DNA of 64,000 nucleotides from an uncultured Actinomycetota bacterium (GTDB lineage Bacteria; Actinomycetota; Actinomycetes; Mycobacteriales; Mycobacteriaceae): NCBI GenBank assembly GCA_963708995.1, contig CAVPUR010000011.1, positions 15,682 to 79,681 of the forward strand, read 5' to 3'. Shown piece by piece: positions 27,874 to 37,715 of this stretch (position 1 is its first letter; each line of letters starts with the position of its first letter). The notes under the pieces were generated by a model. It saw only the letters and a program-made list of their open reading frames with translations, ran no database searches and was not told where the DNA came from. The position numbers and the translations under genes were made by a program.

Positions 27874-30528
27874 TCAGGTAGGCGCGGGCACCTCGACGGA
27901 TTCTGCGTCTTTAGACTGTGGACCCGACTGTGCGGCCAGCTCCGGCATCTGGCCGGCCAGGTACTCGCCGAGCCCGCCGATCGTCGGGTAGTCGAATACC
28001 GCGGTAGCGCTGATCGTGAAGGCGCCGCCGAACTGGCTGTGCAGCCGGTTGCGGAGTTCGACCGCCATCAGTGAATCCGTCCCCAGGTCCAAGAACCGAC
28101 TGGTTGCGGCCGGCGGTTGCGCGAGCCGCAAGAAACCCTGCACTTCGCGCTGCAGGAATTCGGTAATGAAACCGGCGCGCTGCGCGGCCGGTATCTCCTG
28201 CAACTGCTTGAGCATCTCACTGTCGCCGGTCGCCTCCGAGACAGCACTTGGCAACACCAGGTCGAGTATCGGCGGACGCGCACCGCCCAGCAGCTTGGCG
28301 GCACGTTGCCAGTTGGCCTTGATGACGGTTGCCTGCCCCGTCCCGGTGGCGACAACCTCCGCGAGCGCGCCCAGGGCCGCCGTCGGTTCCAGCGGAATGA
28401 GGCCTTGCGCACCGATATTGGCGCGCGCGGCCTCCGAAGACGCCATGCCCCCCTGCGCCCAGGGACCAAAGTTGATCCCGGTTGCCGGCAGGCCGCGCGC
28501 CTTTCGATCCGCGACCAGTCCATCGAGCAACGCATTGGCGGTCGAGTAGTTGGCCTGACCGGGTGAGCCAAGCAAGCTGGACACCGAGGAGGACACGATG
28601 AAGAAGTCGAGGTCGTCGTCCTTCGTCAACCGGTCTAAGTACATCGCACCGAACGCCTTGGGCGCCAACGTCGTCCAGAACCGCTCCAGGGTCTGCCGTG
28701 ACAGCAGCGCGTCGTCGAGCACGCCGGCCAAATGCGCCACTCCCGCGAGCGGAGGCAATTCCGCGCGGATCCGCTGCAGTAGATTTTCGACTTGCGCCTC
28801 GTCGCCGACATCGGCCGCGAAGGTATGGATCCCGCACCGGTAGCGCTCGGTGATGTCCTCAATTGCCCGCTGCGCCTGCGCATCGGGTGCACGGCGACTG
28901 GTCAGCACGATGTCACCGGCCCCGAGTTGGGCTAGATACGACGCGGTGTGCAGGCCGATGGCGCCGAGCCCCCCGGTGATCAGGTAGCTCCGGTCGCCTC
29001 GCAGCTGTAATGGGTTCGGCATTTGCAGGACGATCTTCCCGATATGCCGCGCTTGCTGCATGCGGCGAAACGCCGTCTTCGCCTCAGTGAGCGGGTAGAT
29101 CTCGGCGGGCAGTGGCGTCCACTCGCCCGTGGCCAACCCGTCCGACACCTCATCGAGCAAGCCACGAATGCGGTCGGGGTCTTGCATGCTTGTCATGTCC
29201 AACGCGACGATCTCGTAGGCGATATCGGGACGGGCCGCCGCCATCTGCTCCGGAGTCCAGATGTCTCGCTTGGCGATCTCGACGAAACGGCCATTCTGGG
29301 CGGTGGCCCGTACCGTTGCCTCGATAAATCCCTCGTGGGTCAGGCTGTTGAGCACCACGTCGACGCCGGCACCGTCGGTATCGGCAAGGATCTGGTCGGC
29401 GAAATCCATATTGCGCGAATCGTAGACATATTCCACACCCAGCTTGCGCAGGGTCGCGCGTTTGTACGTGCTTGCCGTGGCGAAGACAATCGCACCTTGG
29501 CGTTGCGCCATCTGGATCGCGGCCAATCCGACACCACCGCTTGCGGCGTGAATGAGCACACGGTCACCGGGCTTCAGCTGCGCCCAGTCGAACGCGAGCC
29601 GCGTCGTGAGTGCCGCAGCCGGAATGGTGGCCGCGGCCACCGCGCTGAGCCCGTCGGGCAACGGCGCCAGCAACTGAACCGGCACATTGAACCGGCTGGC
29701 GAACGCGCCCTGCATGAAGCCATAGACGCGTTGGCCGACCTCGAGTCCGGTGACGCCACTACCTAACTGGGTGACGATGCCGGCGAAGTCGCCGCCGAGC
29801 GGGCCCGGATCGCCCGGGTAAAGGCCCAACACATTGAGCACCTCCCGGAAGTTCAAACCGCCGGCCTCCACCCGGACCTGCACAAGGCCCTCGGCCGGCG
29901 GCGACACCTCCGCCTCGATCAGACGCAGGTTGTCGATCGCGCCGCGTTCAGTGGGCGCCAGCACGTAATCTGTTCCACGCGGAACCGCCAGGTGACCACC
30001 CCGCGCCCAGGGCAGTAACCGGGACGCCAACAACTTTCCTTGCCGCACAGCGAGTTCGGGTTCATCGACCGGAGTGCTGAGAAGACCGGCCAGCGCGTGC
30101 ACGGCCTGCTCTGATCCGTCGGAGTCGACCAGCCTGCAGCGCATGACCGGTTCCTCGTTGACGATGGTGCGCCCGAGTCCCCACAGCGCCGCCTGCACCG
30201 GGTCGACCGGCTCGCCGGGTTCGGTCGCCACGGCCCGTTCAGTGATGATCCACAGACCACCGGGAAGTTTGACCGCCGCCGAGTCATCAGTGGCCTCCAG
30301 GGTATGCACCGCGCTGAGCAGATGGGCGATTTCGGTTTCCAGGCGCGCGGCAGATTCAGCGCTCGACTCTTCCGCACTCGGTCCCGAACTGCGCCAGACG
30401 ATGCCGGCGAACGGCTCACCGCGCTCGTGAGCCTGCGCCAACAGCTGCCCCAAGCAGCTCCGGATCGGTATTCCGGTCAAAGGTGATGCAGCCCGGCAGG
30501 TCGGCCGCCAGTTCGTCGAATCCGGCAA
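27874..30528 (-). CDS. PKS fragment 4: ER-KR2-ACP2
   Basis: Genuine part starts at about 30450 (QLLAQAHERGEPFAGIVW...). ER NADPH motif LIHAASGGVGLAAIQ, KR motif YLITGGLGAIGL with LDD, and ACP LGTDSLMAVEL. No thioesterase domain. Confidence 0.9.
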   Translation of the reverse strand: MPDSTNWRPTCRAASPLTGIPIRSCLGQLLAQAHERGEPFAGIVWRSSGPSAEESSAESAARLETEIAHLLSAVHTLEATDDSAAVKLPGGLWIITERAVATEPGEPVDPVQAALWGLGRTIVNEEPVMRCRLVDSDGSEQAVHALAGLLSTPVDEPELAVRQGKLLASRLLPWARGGHLAVPRGTDYVLAPTERGAIDNLRLIEAEVSPPAEGLVQVRVEAGGLNFREVLNVLGLYPGDPGPLGGDFAGIVTQLGSGVTGLEVGQRVYGFMQGAFASRFNVPVQLLAPLPDGLSAVAAATIPAAALTTRLAFDWAQLKPGDRVLIHAASGGVGLAAIQMAQRQGAIVFATASTYKRATLRKLGVEYVYDSRNMDFADQILADTDGAGVDVVLNSLTHEGFIEATVRATAQNGRFVEIAKRDIWTPEQMAAARPDIAYEIVALDMTSMQDPDRIRGLLDEVSDGLATGEWTPLPAEIYPLTEAKTAFRRMQQARHIGKIVLQMPNPLQLRGDRSYLITGGLGAIGLHTASYLAQLGAGDIVLTSRRAPDAQAQRAIEDITERYRCGIHTFAADVGDEAQVENLLQRIRAELPPLAGVAHLAGVLDDALLSRQTLERFWTTLAPKAFGAMYLDRLTKDDDLDFFIVSSSVSSLLGSPGQANYSTANALLDGLVADRKARGLPATGINFGPWAQGGMASSEAARANIGAQGLIPLEPTAALGALAEVVATGTGQATVIKANWQRAAKLLGGARPPILDLVLPSAVSEATGDSEMLKQLQEIPAAQRAGFITEFLQREVQGFLRLAQPPAATSRFLDLGTDSLMAVELRNRLHSQFGGAFTISATAVFDYPTIGGLGEYLAGQMPELAAQSGPQSKDAESVEVPAPT

Positions 30529-31189
30529 CCAGCCAGGTGCCGTTTACGTTTCCGGCGCCCTCGCCATCACCGTTCGATGGCTGCGGCGGCACCTCGTGCC
30601 AGCCGAGGGTGTACAGCAGCCGGGTGGCATCGCCGCCGAGCCCACGCAACAACGCCTCGCGGGGCGCGCGTTTGACCGTGAACTCGTGGATCCCGCCCAG
30701 GTGGCGACCATCCCGATCGACGAAATCGATATCGAAGACTTGGGTTTCGCTGTCGAGGGGGCTGACACGCCACGTCCCGCGGCAATAAAACCGCCGAGGC
30801 ATTTTCTCCCGCAGCTCCACCCGCCCGTACCGCAATGGCAAGAACAGATCGGTCATCGCTCGTTCCGCAGCCGTAAGCGCCGGGAACGCCGGGAAGACGA
30901 CTCCGGTGCACAGATCGAGCAGTACCGGATGCATCGGCTCGGTTCCGAGGTGTTCGGCGAGTTCTTCGCCGACGCGTGATATCGCCGATCGCCTCGCCGT
31001 CGCCGACCCACAGCGATTTGAGGGACGTTGACCAGGTAGTCCCCCATTCCAGCTCCTTCTCGGCGAAGGTCTCGAACAGGTACTGTGGACGACTGCGGTC
31101 CAACCGCTCGATGACGGTTTCGATGGACTCCGGCGCATCGGGCTCCGGCTCGACAGGCTCATCGGCGAGACCGGTCGCAACCGTGCCAT
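30416..31189 (-). CDS. PKS fragment 3: C-terminal half of the DH domain
   Basis: Genuine part runs from about 30985 to 30450: ISRVGEELAEHLGTEPMHPVLLDLCTGVV...LLYTLGWHEV...FDRNTDPELLG. Confidence 0.8.
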   Translation of the reverse strand: MARLRPVSPMSLSSRSPMRRSPSKPSSSGWTAVVHSTCSRPSPRRSWNGGLPGQRPSNRCGSATARRSAISRVGEELAEHLGTEPMHPVLLDLCTGVVFPAFPALTAAERAMTDLFLPLRYGRVELREKMPRRFYCRGTWRVSPLDSETQVFDIDFVDRDGRHLGGIHEFTVKRAPREALLRGLGGDATRLLYTLGWHEVPPQPSNGDGEGAGNVNGTWLVAGFDELAADLPGCITFDRNTDPELLGAAVGAGSRAR

Positions 31190-34100
31190 CGGCGTTCAAC
31201 GACCATTCAGCATCACGGACGCCATATGGGCGGCTGTCCACCCGGAAGCTCCAGCCGCCCCCATCCTCCAGCGGATGCATGCTCAGTTGGACTTCGCGAG
31301 AAGCCTTCTCGGGCAGGATGATCGGCTCATAAAAATAGACGTTTTGCACCCGCCCCGGCGGCCCGACGGCGGCCAGGGCCATCGCCGCATACGTCGCCCC
31401 CGGGACGACAACGGTGCCATAGATGACGTGATCGGCTAGCCACGGCTGCGACTTGACCGACAGCCGGCTGGTGTAGACCGTGTCGCCGGAAGCGAGATCC
31501 TTTGCACTACCCAGCATGCCGGACGCGGCAGCGCCCTGACCATCGATGCCGGCGACACCGGAAGTCTTGGGCCAGAAGCGACGGTGCTGGAACGGATAGG
31601 TGGGCAGTTCGAGTCTGCGGCGAGGTTGACGATGCAGCGCAGCGAATTTGGGCCGATGCCCGCTGACGTAAGTCGCGGCCAGTGCTTCGGCGATCTGGCG
31701 CCGGTCGCCGATGCCCTTGCGCAGGGAAACGATCGCACGCGGCGCGGCCAGATGTTCCGGCCAGACCTGCACCGCGGCCCCGGTCAGCACCGGTTGCGGA
31801 CCGATCTCCATCAACACCGAGCACCCCAGCGCCGCCACGGTGCGCACGCTTTCTGCGAACTGCACGGGCTGGCGGGAATGCCGTCGCCAATACTGTGCGT
31901 CGAGCGGCGTTTCCGCCGTGAGCACGGTGCCGGTGCGGTTGCACACCAACGGCATCGTCGGCACAGCGAACTTCAATCGCGCTGCGTACGACTCGAATTC
32001 ACCGAGCACCGGCTCGAGCAGCTCCGAATGGAACGCGTGGCTGGTTTCCAGCCAGCTGCAACGGATCCCGTCACTACCGCCCCTGGCGACGATCTGCTCT
32101 AGTTCCTCACCGGGACCCGACAGCACCGTGTTGGGGCCGTTGTAGGCGGCGACCGACACTTGAGGGCAATCGTTCGCGATTTCCTCGACGTATGTGGGGG
32201 CGGCGAACACCGCCACCATTCGCCCACCGTCGGGCAGACTGCCAAACAACCGGCCACGCTCGGCCATCAGCCGTGCCCCGTCCTCGAGGCTGAAAACGCC
32301 GGCCACACACGCCGCCGCGTACTGGCCGACGCTGTGCCCCAGCACCACGTCGGGCTCGACGCCCCACGACTGCCACAGCCGGGCCAGGCCCATCTCGACG
32401 GCGAAAAGCGCAGGCTGGGCAAAAGAAGTGTGCCGCAATGCTTTTCCGGCTTCCGGACCGGCATCGCGGTCAGACGCGAACAGCACCTCCAGCAACGGAC
32501 GCGGCAGTATCCCGTTGACCGCCTCCGCGCATCGCTTCACGGTGTCGGCGAAAACCGGCTCAGCGTCGAACAACTCGCGTGCCATCCCCGGGTACTGGCT
32601 GCCCTGCCCGGTGAACAACCACGCCGTCGTCGGCGGGTCCGTGCACTCGCCGCGTACCACTCCCGGTCGGATCCGGTTCTCGGCCAACTCGGCCAGCAGC
32701 TCGCGGGCGCTATGAACCGAATCGACGACCAGCCCGGCGCGGTGTTCGAAATGCGAACGCCCTGCTCCCGCCGTGAGGCACACGTCAGCGATGTCGACCT
32801 TGGGGTGGGCGTTCAGCCATTCCCCATATCGCTGCGCCAACTCCGCCAGCGCCTGCGGTGAGCGTGCGGACAGCGACAGCACGCCGACCGGCTCATCTTG
32901 AGTGTCCGCCTCCGATCCCACGTTGACGTCGGCCAAGATGTCGCCTGTGGAGTATTCGTCGGCAGTCGCCGATTGTGTTGGCGCCTCCTCGATCAGCACG
33001 TGTGCGTTGGTGCCGGTAAACCCGAACGAACTTACGCCGGCACGTCGCGGCCTGCCGTTCGCTTGCCACGGAATCGCCCTGTCCACCACCCGCACCGGCA
33101 GCGAGTCCCATGGGATGTGTGGCGACGGTGTCTCGAAGTGCAGGCTCTGCGGCAGCACTTCGTGCTGTAGCGACAGCACGACTTTGATCAGGCCGGCGAC
33201 CCCCGATGCCGACTCGAGGTGGCCGATGTTGGTCTTCACCGACCCGATCAGCAATGGCCGGTCCGCGTCACGACCGTCGCCATAGACGGCCCCGGCCGCC
33301 TGCACTTCGATCGGATCACCCAGCGCGGTGCCGGTCCCGTGCGCCTCGAGGTAGTCGACATCGCCGCCGGCCAGACCCGCGCGAGCCAGCGCCGTGGTGA
33401 TAAGCCGTTGCTGCGCGCCCCCGTTGGGCACCGTCAAACCACTGGAAGCGCCGTCCTGATTGACCGCGCTGGCCGGGATGACCGCGCAAATCCGATCGCC
33501 GTCGCGCACCGCGTCGCTGAGCCTCCTGAGCACCAGAATGCCGCAGCCTTCACTGCGCACATAGCCGTCGGCGGAGGCGTCGAAGGTCTTGCATCGGCCA
33601 TCGGGGGAAAGCATCCTGGCGCGCGATGCGGCGATGGTGGACACCGGACTCAGCAAGACGTTCACACCACCGGCCAACGCCAAATCGCAGTCACCGGAGT
33701 GCAATGCCTGGCAGGCCTGATGAACGGCCACCAACGACGAGCTGCACGCGGTATCGACCGCAACCGCCGGCCCTTCGAGCCCGAGCGCAAAGGCAACCCG
33801 ACCCGAAACGGCATTGAGCGCATTGCCTGTGATGAAGTGGGGCTCGATCTTCTCGACCGATTCCGCAGACAACAGGTGCGAATATTCGTTGGTGGCCACC
33901 CCGACGAAAATGCCGCTTCGGCTGCCGCGCAACGCCCCTGGAGAATACCCGGCGCGTTCCAAGCCCTCCCACGCAGTTTCCAGCATCAGCCGCTGCTGCG
34001 GATCGATCCACACAGCCTCGCGCGGGGAAATACCGAAGAATTCCGGATCGAATCCGTCGATTCCGTCGAGGAATCCACCGAAGCGGCTGTAGATCTTGCC

Positions 34101-37100
34101 TGGAGTCTCTGGATCCGGGTCGTAAAACTCGTCGATGTCGAATCGATCATCTGGCACTTCCCGGATCGCATCGACACCGCCGGACAACACCTCCCAGAAA
34201 GCCTCGGGATCGGGCGCGCCAGGAAAACGGCACGCCACCGCGACGATCGCAATCGGCTCATCGGTGCGTGTCGTCGCTACCGCGGCCGGCGGGGACCCGG
34301 CTTTGGCATCCGCTTGCTCGCTGAGCCCGAGCACGTCGCCCAGTAGGTAATCACCCACTTCGGACAGACGGGGGTAGTCCATCGCCAGAGTCGCCGGCAA
34401 CTCCTGGCCCACTGCTTGCTCCATGCGGCGGCGCAATTCGACCGCCATCAGCGAATCCATGCCGAGATCGAAAAATCCGGCGTCCTCGCGGATCTCCGCG
34501 GCATCGACCCGCGTCACCTCCGCCACTGCCTGGCGCAGATAATCGGCGACAAGTTTCTTACGCCGCTGCACCGGGGCCTGGGTGAGCTGCTCGACCAGCT
34601 GGGTCTTCCCAGCCGGCGTAAGTGTCGGCGCCAAATCAGGCACTTCGCGCTCCAACTCCGCCAAGAACGAGCGCCGACCCGCTTGCTGGTAGAGCGGCAG
34701 GAAGCGGGCCCAGTCGATACGGGCCACAGTGCCTTGTACCGAAGAAGCAGACATGAGGTCAGCCATCCCCGCCAATGCATCGGCAGGCGACAACGTCCGG
34801 ACCCCGCGCTGATCCAGTCGCGCGCGAGCCTCCTCGTCGGCCATGCCCGCCGACCAGGGACCGAAATTAACGCTGATCCCCAAGACTCCCTGTTCGCGCA
34901 GCCGCCAGGCCAGCCCGTCGAGGAAGGCGTTGGCCGCGCCATAGGCGGTCTGACCGAATCCGCCCCACACCGAAGCGATCGAGGAGGTGCTAAGGAAGAA
35001 GTCCAGCTCCAGATCCGCAGCAGCTTCGCTCAAATGCCATGCACCCCAGACCTTCCCGGCGAACACTCGATCTACTTCGGCGTCCTCGAGATCGCGCAGC
35101 GGGGTGGTACCGATCTCACCGGCGGCATGGACGATGCCGGCCACCGGCGGCAGTTCGGCCTGCACAGTGGATAACAGGCGCTCGACCTCGTGCGCATTGG
35201 CGACATCGGCCGCGACAACCCGGAATTCGCAGCCGTGCTGTTCGCGCAACGCATCGATGCGCCCTTGCACCGCATCGCTGGGTGAGCGTCGGCCGGTCAG
35301 CATCAGATGCCGGGCGCCGTGCGCGGCCAGGTATCCGGCGATTTCCAGTCCGACCGAACCCAGCCCCCCGGTCACCAGATACGTTGCGTCGGCACGCAAT
35401 GCCAGCGGGGTAGCGGTCGGCCGCCCGATTCGTCGAACCAGCCGGGGAACATAGGCGTCTTGACCACGCAGCGCGATCTGGTCTTCCATACCGGCCGAGC
35501 CGGACGGTGCTGCCGCCACCTTGATCAACCGCGACCACTCGTCGGCTTCGTTTTCCCTGCCTTCTGACAAGTCTGCCAGTCCGCCCCACACTTGCGGATG
35601 CTCCAGCGACGCGGCGCGAGCGAATCCCCAGAGGCAACTCTGATCCGGTGACACGGAGTCTGTGTCAGTGACTCGTTGTGCGCCACGGGTTACCACCCAG
35701 ATCGATCTGCGCAGTTCTGCGGCGACGGCGGCGCGGAAGAGTCGGCGGGTTCCACCCAGCACTCGGTGTTGCATCCGCAACAGCGACCGCATCGATGGTG
35801 CGGTGTCGGCGTCTAGGGCCGCGAAGTGCACGATCCGTAGCGGCGGTTCGTCGGCTGCCGCAGCAAGCAACGTGCCTTCGAGCCGTTCCTCGTCCGCGTC
35901 GGTCACCGGCAACCCGAGAATCTGATGCCGGTACCCATGCGCGGTGAGCGCATCGGCCAACGGCTGAACCGCGTCGGAATCATCGCCGATGAGGAGCCAG
36001 GCAGATCCCTCACCGCCTTCTGAGACCCCTGAGATCCCAGCGGCGGATTTCTCCCAGCGAACCTCGTAGCGATCATCCGCGATGGACCGGGTTGTACGTT
36101 GTTGGTTGTGTTGTGCGGCAAGCTTTGTCAGCATTTCTACGGTCTGCTGATTGTCGCTCGTACCGTCGAGTAACGCAGCGAGTTCCTCGATCTGGCCGTC
36201 CTCGAGAAGTCGGACGGCGTCGGTGCGCACGGCTGCGTTCTGCTTCGAGGCCTGTTGGGTGGGCGGGACCCGCTTCTCTGTGAACCAGTACTGGCGATGC
36301 TCGAACGGGTAGGTGGGCAGATCAAGCTTTCGCGCCGGTCCTATGACAGAGCCGAAGTCGGGCAGGTGGCCGAGGACGTACGCGTCAGCGAGGGCTTCGG
36401 TGATCTGGCGGTGGTCGGCGGTGTTACGACGCAACGACGCGATCGCGCGCGGTGCGGTGGACGGGTCGGGCCATGCCCGCAGTGCCGCGGCGGTGAGCAC
36501 CGGTTGCGGGCCGATTTCCAGGAGCACTTTGCAACTCAGATCGGCCAGCGTCCGCACGCTCTTGGCGAATTCCACCGGTTGGCGCGCGTGGCGACGCCAA
36601 TAGGCCCCATCGAGTTTCGCGCTTGTCCCGAGCGTGGCGCCGGTGCGGTTGCACACCAAAATTCTCTGTGGCGGGCTGAAATTGAACCGGTTCGCATAGG
36701 ACTCGAACTCGTCGAGGATCGGATCGAGCAGCGCCGAATGGAACGCGTGGCTGGTGTCTAGCCAGTCGCATCGGACACCGTCGGCCGTCAGCCGGGCCAC
36801 CGCTTGGTCCAGATCATTCCGGGGTCCCGACAGTACGGTGTTAGCGCCGTTGTAGGCGGCAACGGACAGGCTTGGGAACTCGTCGGTGAGGCTCTCGACG
36901 CGCTCGGCGACGGTGAACACCGCGACCATCCGACCGCCCGCGGGCAAACTGCCGAACAGGCGGCCGCGCTCGGCCATCAGCAGCGCGCCGTCCTCGAGGC
37001 TGAACACGCCCGCGACGCAGGCCGCCGAATATTGGCCGACGCTGTGCCCCAGCACCACGTCGGGTTCGAAGCCCCACGACTGCCAGAGACGAGCCAGGCC

Positions 37101-37715
37101 CATCTCGACCGCGAACAAGGCGGGCTGCGCGTAGGAGGTCTGCCGGAGCGTCTCTTCGCTATCCGGTCCATCCGCATCGAAAATTACATCCAGCAAAGGC
37201 TTTTCGAGAACATCAGCGACCACTGCCGCGCAGTGTGTCAGTGTCTCGGCGAACACCGGCTCGGTGTCGAACAGCTCTCGGGCCATGCCCGGGTACTGGC
37301 TGCCTTGACCGGTGAACAGCCACGCCGTTTTCGGCGTGTCGTCGGATACTCCGCGAACCAAACCGGGTGCAGGGCGATCGTCCGCGAGCGCCCCGAGCAA
37401 CTCACCGGCTGGTTCTCTCGAATTGATGACCAACGCAGCCCGCTGCTCCAAGTGCGCTCGCCCCGCCCCGGCGGTAAAACACACGTCCGCCAGGCTGGCC
37501 TCCGGGTGCGCGCTCAACCAGCTGCGATATTGATCGGCGATTTGCACCAATGCGGCAGGCGTACGCGCCGATAGCGGAAGGATGCTGAACCGCTTGTCCG
37601 CGGGCTGCTCAACTGGCCCCGGCGTCACGGCGACCTCACCGACTTCCAGCAGGTGCTTCCTCGAGGATGACGTGCGCGTTGGTCCCGGCGAACCCGAACG
37701 AGCTGACTCCCGCAA
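30567..37715 (-). CDS. PKS fragment 2: AT1-KR1-ACP1-KS2-AT2 and the N-terminal half of DH
   Basis: 2382 aa track ORF. Genuine PKS sequence runs from about 37655 (LLEVGEVAVTPGP...) to about 30980 (…SLWVGDGEAIGDI). The first ~20 and last ~140 residues are out-of-frame, Arg-rich sequence. Confidence 0.9.
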   Translation of the reverse strand: MRESARSGSPGPTRTSSSRKHLLEVGEVAVTPGPVEQPADKRFSILPLSARTPAALVQIADQYRSWLSAHPEASLADVCFTAGAGRAHLEQRAALVINSREPAGELLGALADDRPAPGLVRGVSDDTPKTAWLFTGQGSQYPGMARELFDTEPVFAETLTHCAAVVADVLEKPLLDVIFDADGPDSEETLRQTSYAQPALFAVEMGLARLWQSWGFEPDVVLGHSVGQYSAACVAGVFSLEDGALLMAERGRLFGSLPAGGRMVAVFTVAERVESLTDEFPSLSVAAYNGANTVLSGPRNDLDQAVARLTADGVRCDWLDTSHAFHSALLDPILDEFESYANRFNFSPPQRILVCNRTGATLGTSAKLDGAYWRRHARQPVEFAKSVRTLADLSCKVLLEIGPQPVLTAAALRAWPDPSTAPRAIASLRRNTADHRQITEALADAYVLGHLPDFGSVIGPARKLDLPTYPFEHRQYWFTEKRVPPTQQASKQNAAVRTDAVRLLEDGQIEELAALLDGTSDNQQTVEMLTKLAAQHNQQRTTRSIADDRYEVRWEKSAAGISGVSEGGEGSAWLLIGDDSDAVQPLADALTAHGYRHQILGLPVTDADEERLEGTLLAAAADEPPLRIVHFAALDADTAPSMRSLLRMQHRVLGGTRRLFRAAVAAELRRSIWVVTRGAQRVTDTDSVSPDQSCLWGFARAASLEHPQVWGGLADLSEGRENEADEWSRLIKVAAAPSGSAGMEDQIALRGQDAYVPRLVRRIGRPTATPLALRADATYLVTGGLGSVGLEIAGYLAAHGARHLMLTGRRSPSDAVQGRIDALREQHGCEFRVVAADVANAHEVERLLSTVQAELPPVAGIVHAAGEIGTTPLRDLEDAEVDRVFAGKVWGAWHLSEAAADLELDFFLSTSSIASVWGGFGQTAYGAANAFLDGLAWRLREQGVLGISVNFGPWSAGMADEEARARLDQRGVRTLSPADALAGMADLMSASSVQGTVARIDWARFLPLYQQAGRRSFLAELEREVPDLAPTLTPAGKTQLVEQLTQAPVQRRKKLVADYLRQAVAEVTRVDAAEIREDAGFFDLGMDSLMAVELRRRMEQAVGQELPATLAMDYPRLSEVGDYLLGDVLGLSEQADAKAGSPPAAVATTRTDEPIAIVAVACRFPGAPDPEAFWEVLSGGVDAIREVPDDRFDIDEFYDPDPETPGKIYSRFGGFLDGIDGFDPEFFGISPREAVWIDPQQRLMLETAWEGLERAGYSPGALRGSRSGIFVGVATNEYSHLLSAESVEKIEPHFITGNALNAVSGRVAFALGLEGPAVAVDTACSSSLVAVHQACQALHSGDCDLALAGGVNVLLSPVSTIAASRARMLSPDGRCKTFDASADGYVRSEGCGILVLRRLSDAVRDGDRICAVIPASAVNQDGASSGLTVPNGGAQQRLITTALARAGLAGGDVDYLEAHGTGTALGDPIEVQAAGAVYGDGRDADRPLLIGSVKTNIGHLESASGVAGLIKVVLSLQHEVLPQSLHFETPSPHIPWDSLPVRVVDRAIPWQANGRPRRAGVSSFGFTGTNAHVLIEEAPTQSATADEYSTGDILADVNVGSEADTQDEPVGVLSLSARSPQALAELAQRYGEWLNAHPKVDIADVCLTAGAGRSHFEHRAGLVVDSVHSARELLAELAENRIRPGVVRGECTDPPTTAWLFTGQGSQYPGMARELFDAEPVFADTVKRCAEAVNGILPRPLLEVLFASDRDAGPEAGKALRHTSFAQPALFAVEMGLARLWQSWGVEPDVVLGHSVGQYAAACVAGVFSLEDGARLMAERGRLFGSLPDGGRMVAVFAAPTYVEEIANDCPQVSVAAYNGPNTVLSGPGEELEQIVARGGSDGIRCSWLETSHAFHSELLEPVLGEFESYAARLKFAVPTMPLVCNRTGTVLTAETPLDAQYWRRHSRQPVQFAESVRTVAALGCSVLMEIGPQPVLTGAAVQVWPEHLAAPRAIVSLRKGIGDRRQIAEALAATYVSGHRPKFAALHRQPRRRLELPTYPFQHRRFWPKTSGVAGIDGQGAAASGMLGSAKDLASGDTVYTSRLSVKSQPWLADHVIYGTVVVPGATYAAMALAAVGPPGRVQNVYFYEPIILPEKASREVQLSMHPLEDGGGWSFRVDSRPYGVRDAEWSLNADGTVATGLADEPVEPEPDAPESIETVIERLDRSRPQYLFETFAEKELEWGTTWSTSLKSLWVGDGEAIGDITRRRRTRRTPRNRADASGTARSVHRSRLPGVPGAYGCGTSDDRSVLAIAVRAGGAAGENASAVLLPRDVACQPPRQRNPSLRYRFRRSGWSPPGRDPRVHGQTRAPRGVVAWARRRCHPAAVHPRLARGAAAAIER
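31570..34265 (-). repeat. KS-AT didomain copy B (module 2)
   Basis: See copy A. AT blocks such as AWLFTGQGSQYPGMARELFD, FAVEMGLARLWQSWG and VVLGHSVGQY..ACVAGVFSLEDGA.LMAERGRLFGSLP.GGRMVAVF are shared almost verbatim. Confidence 0.7.
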
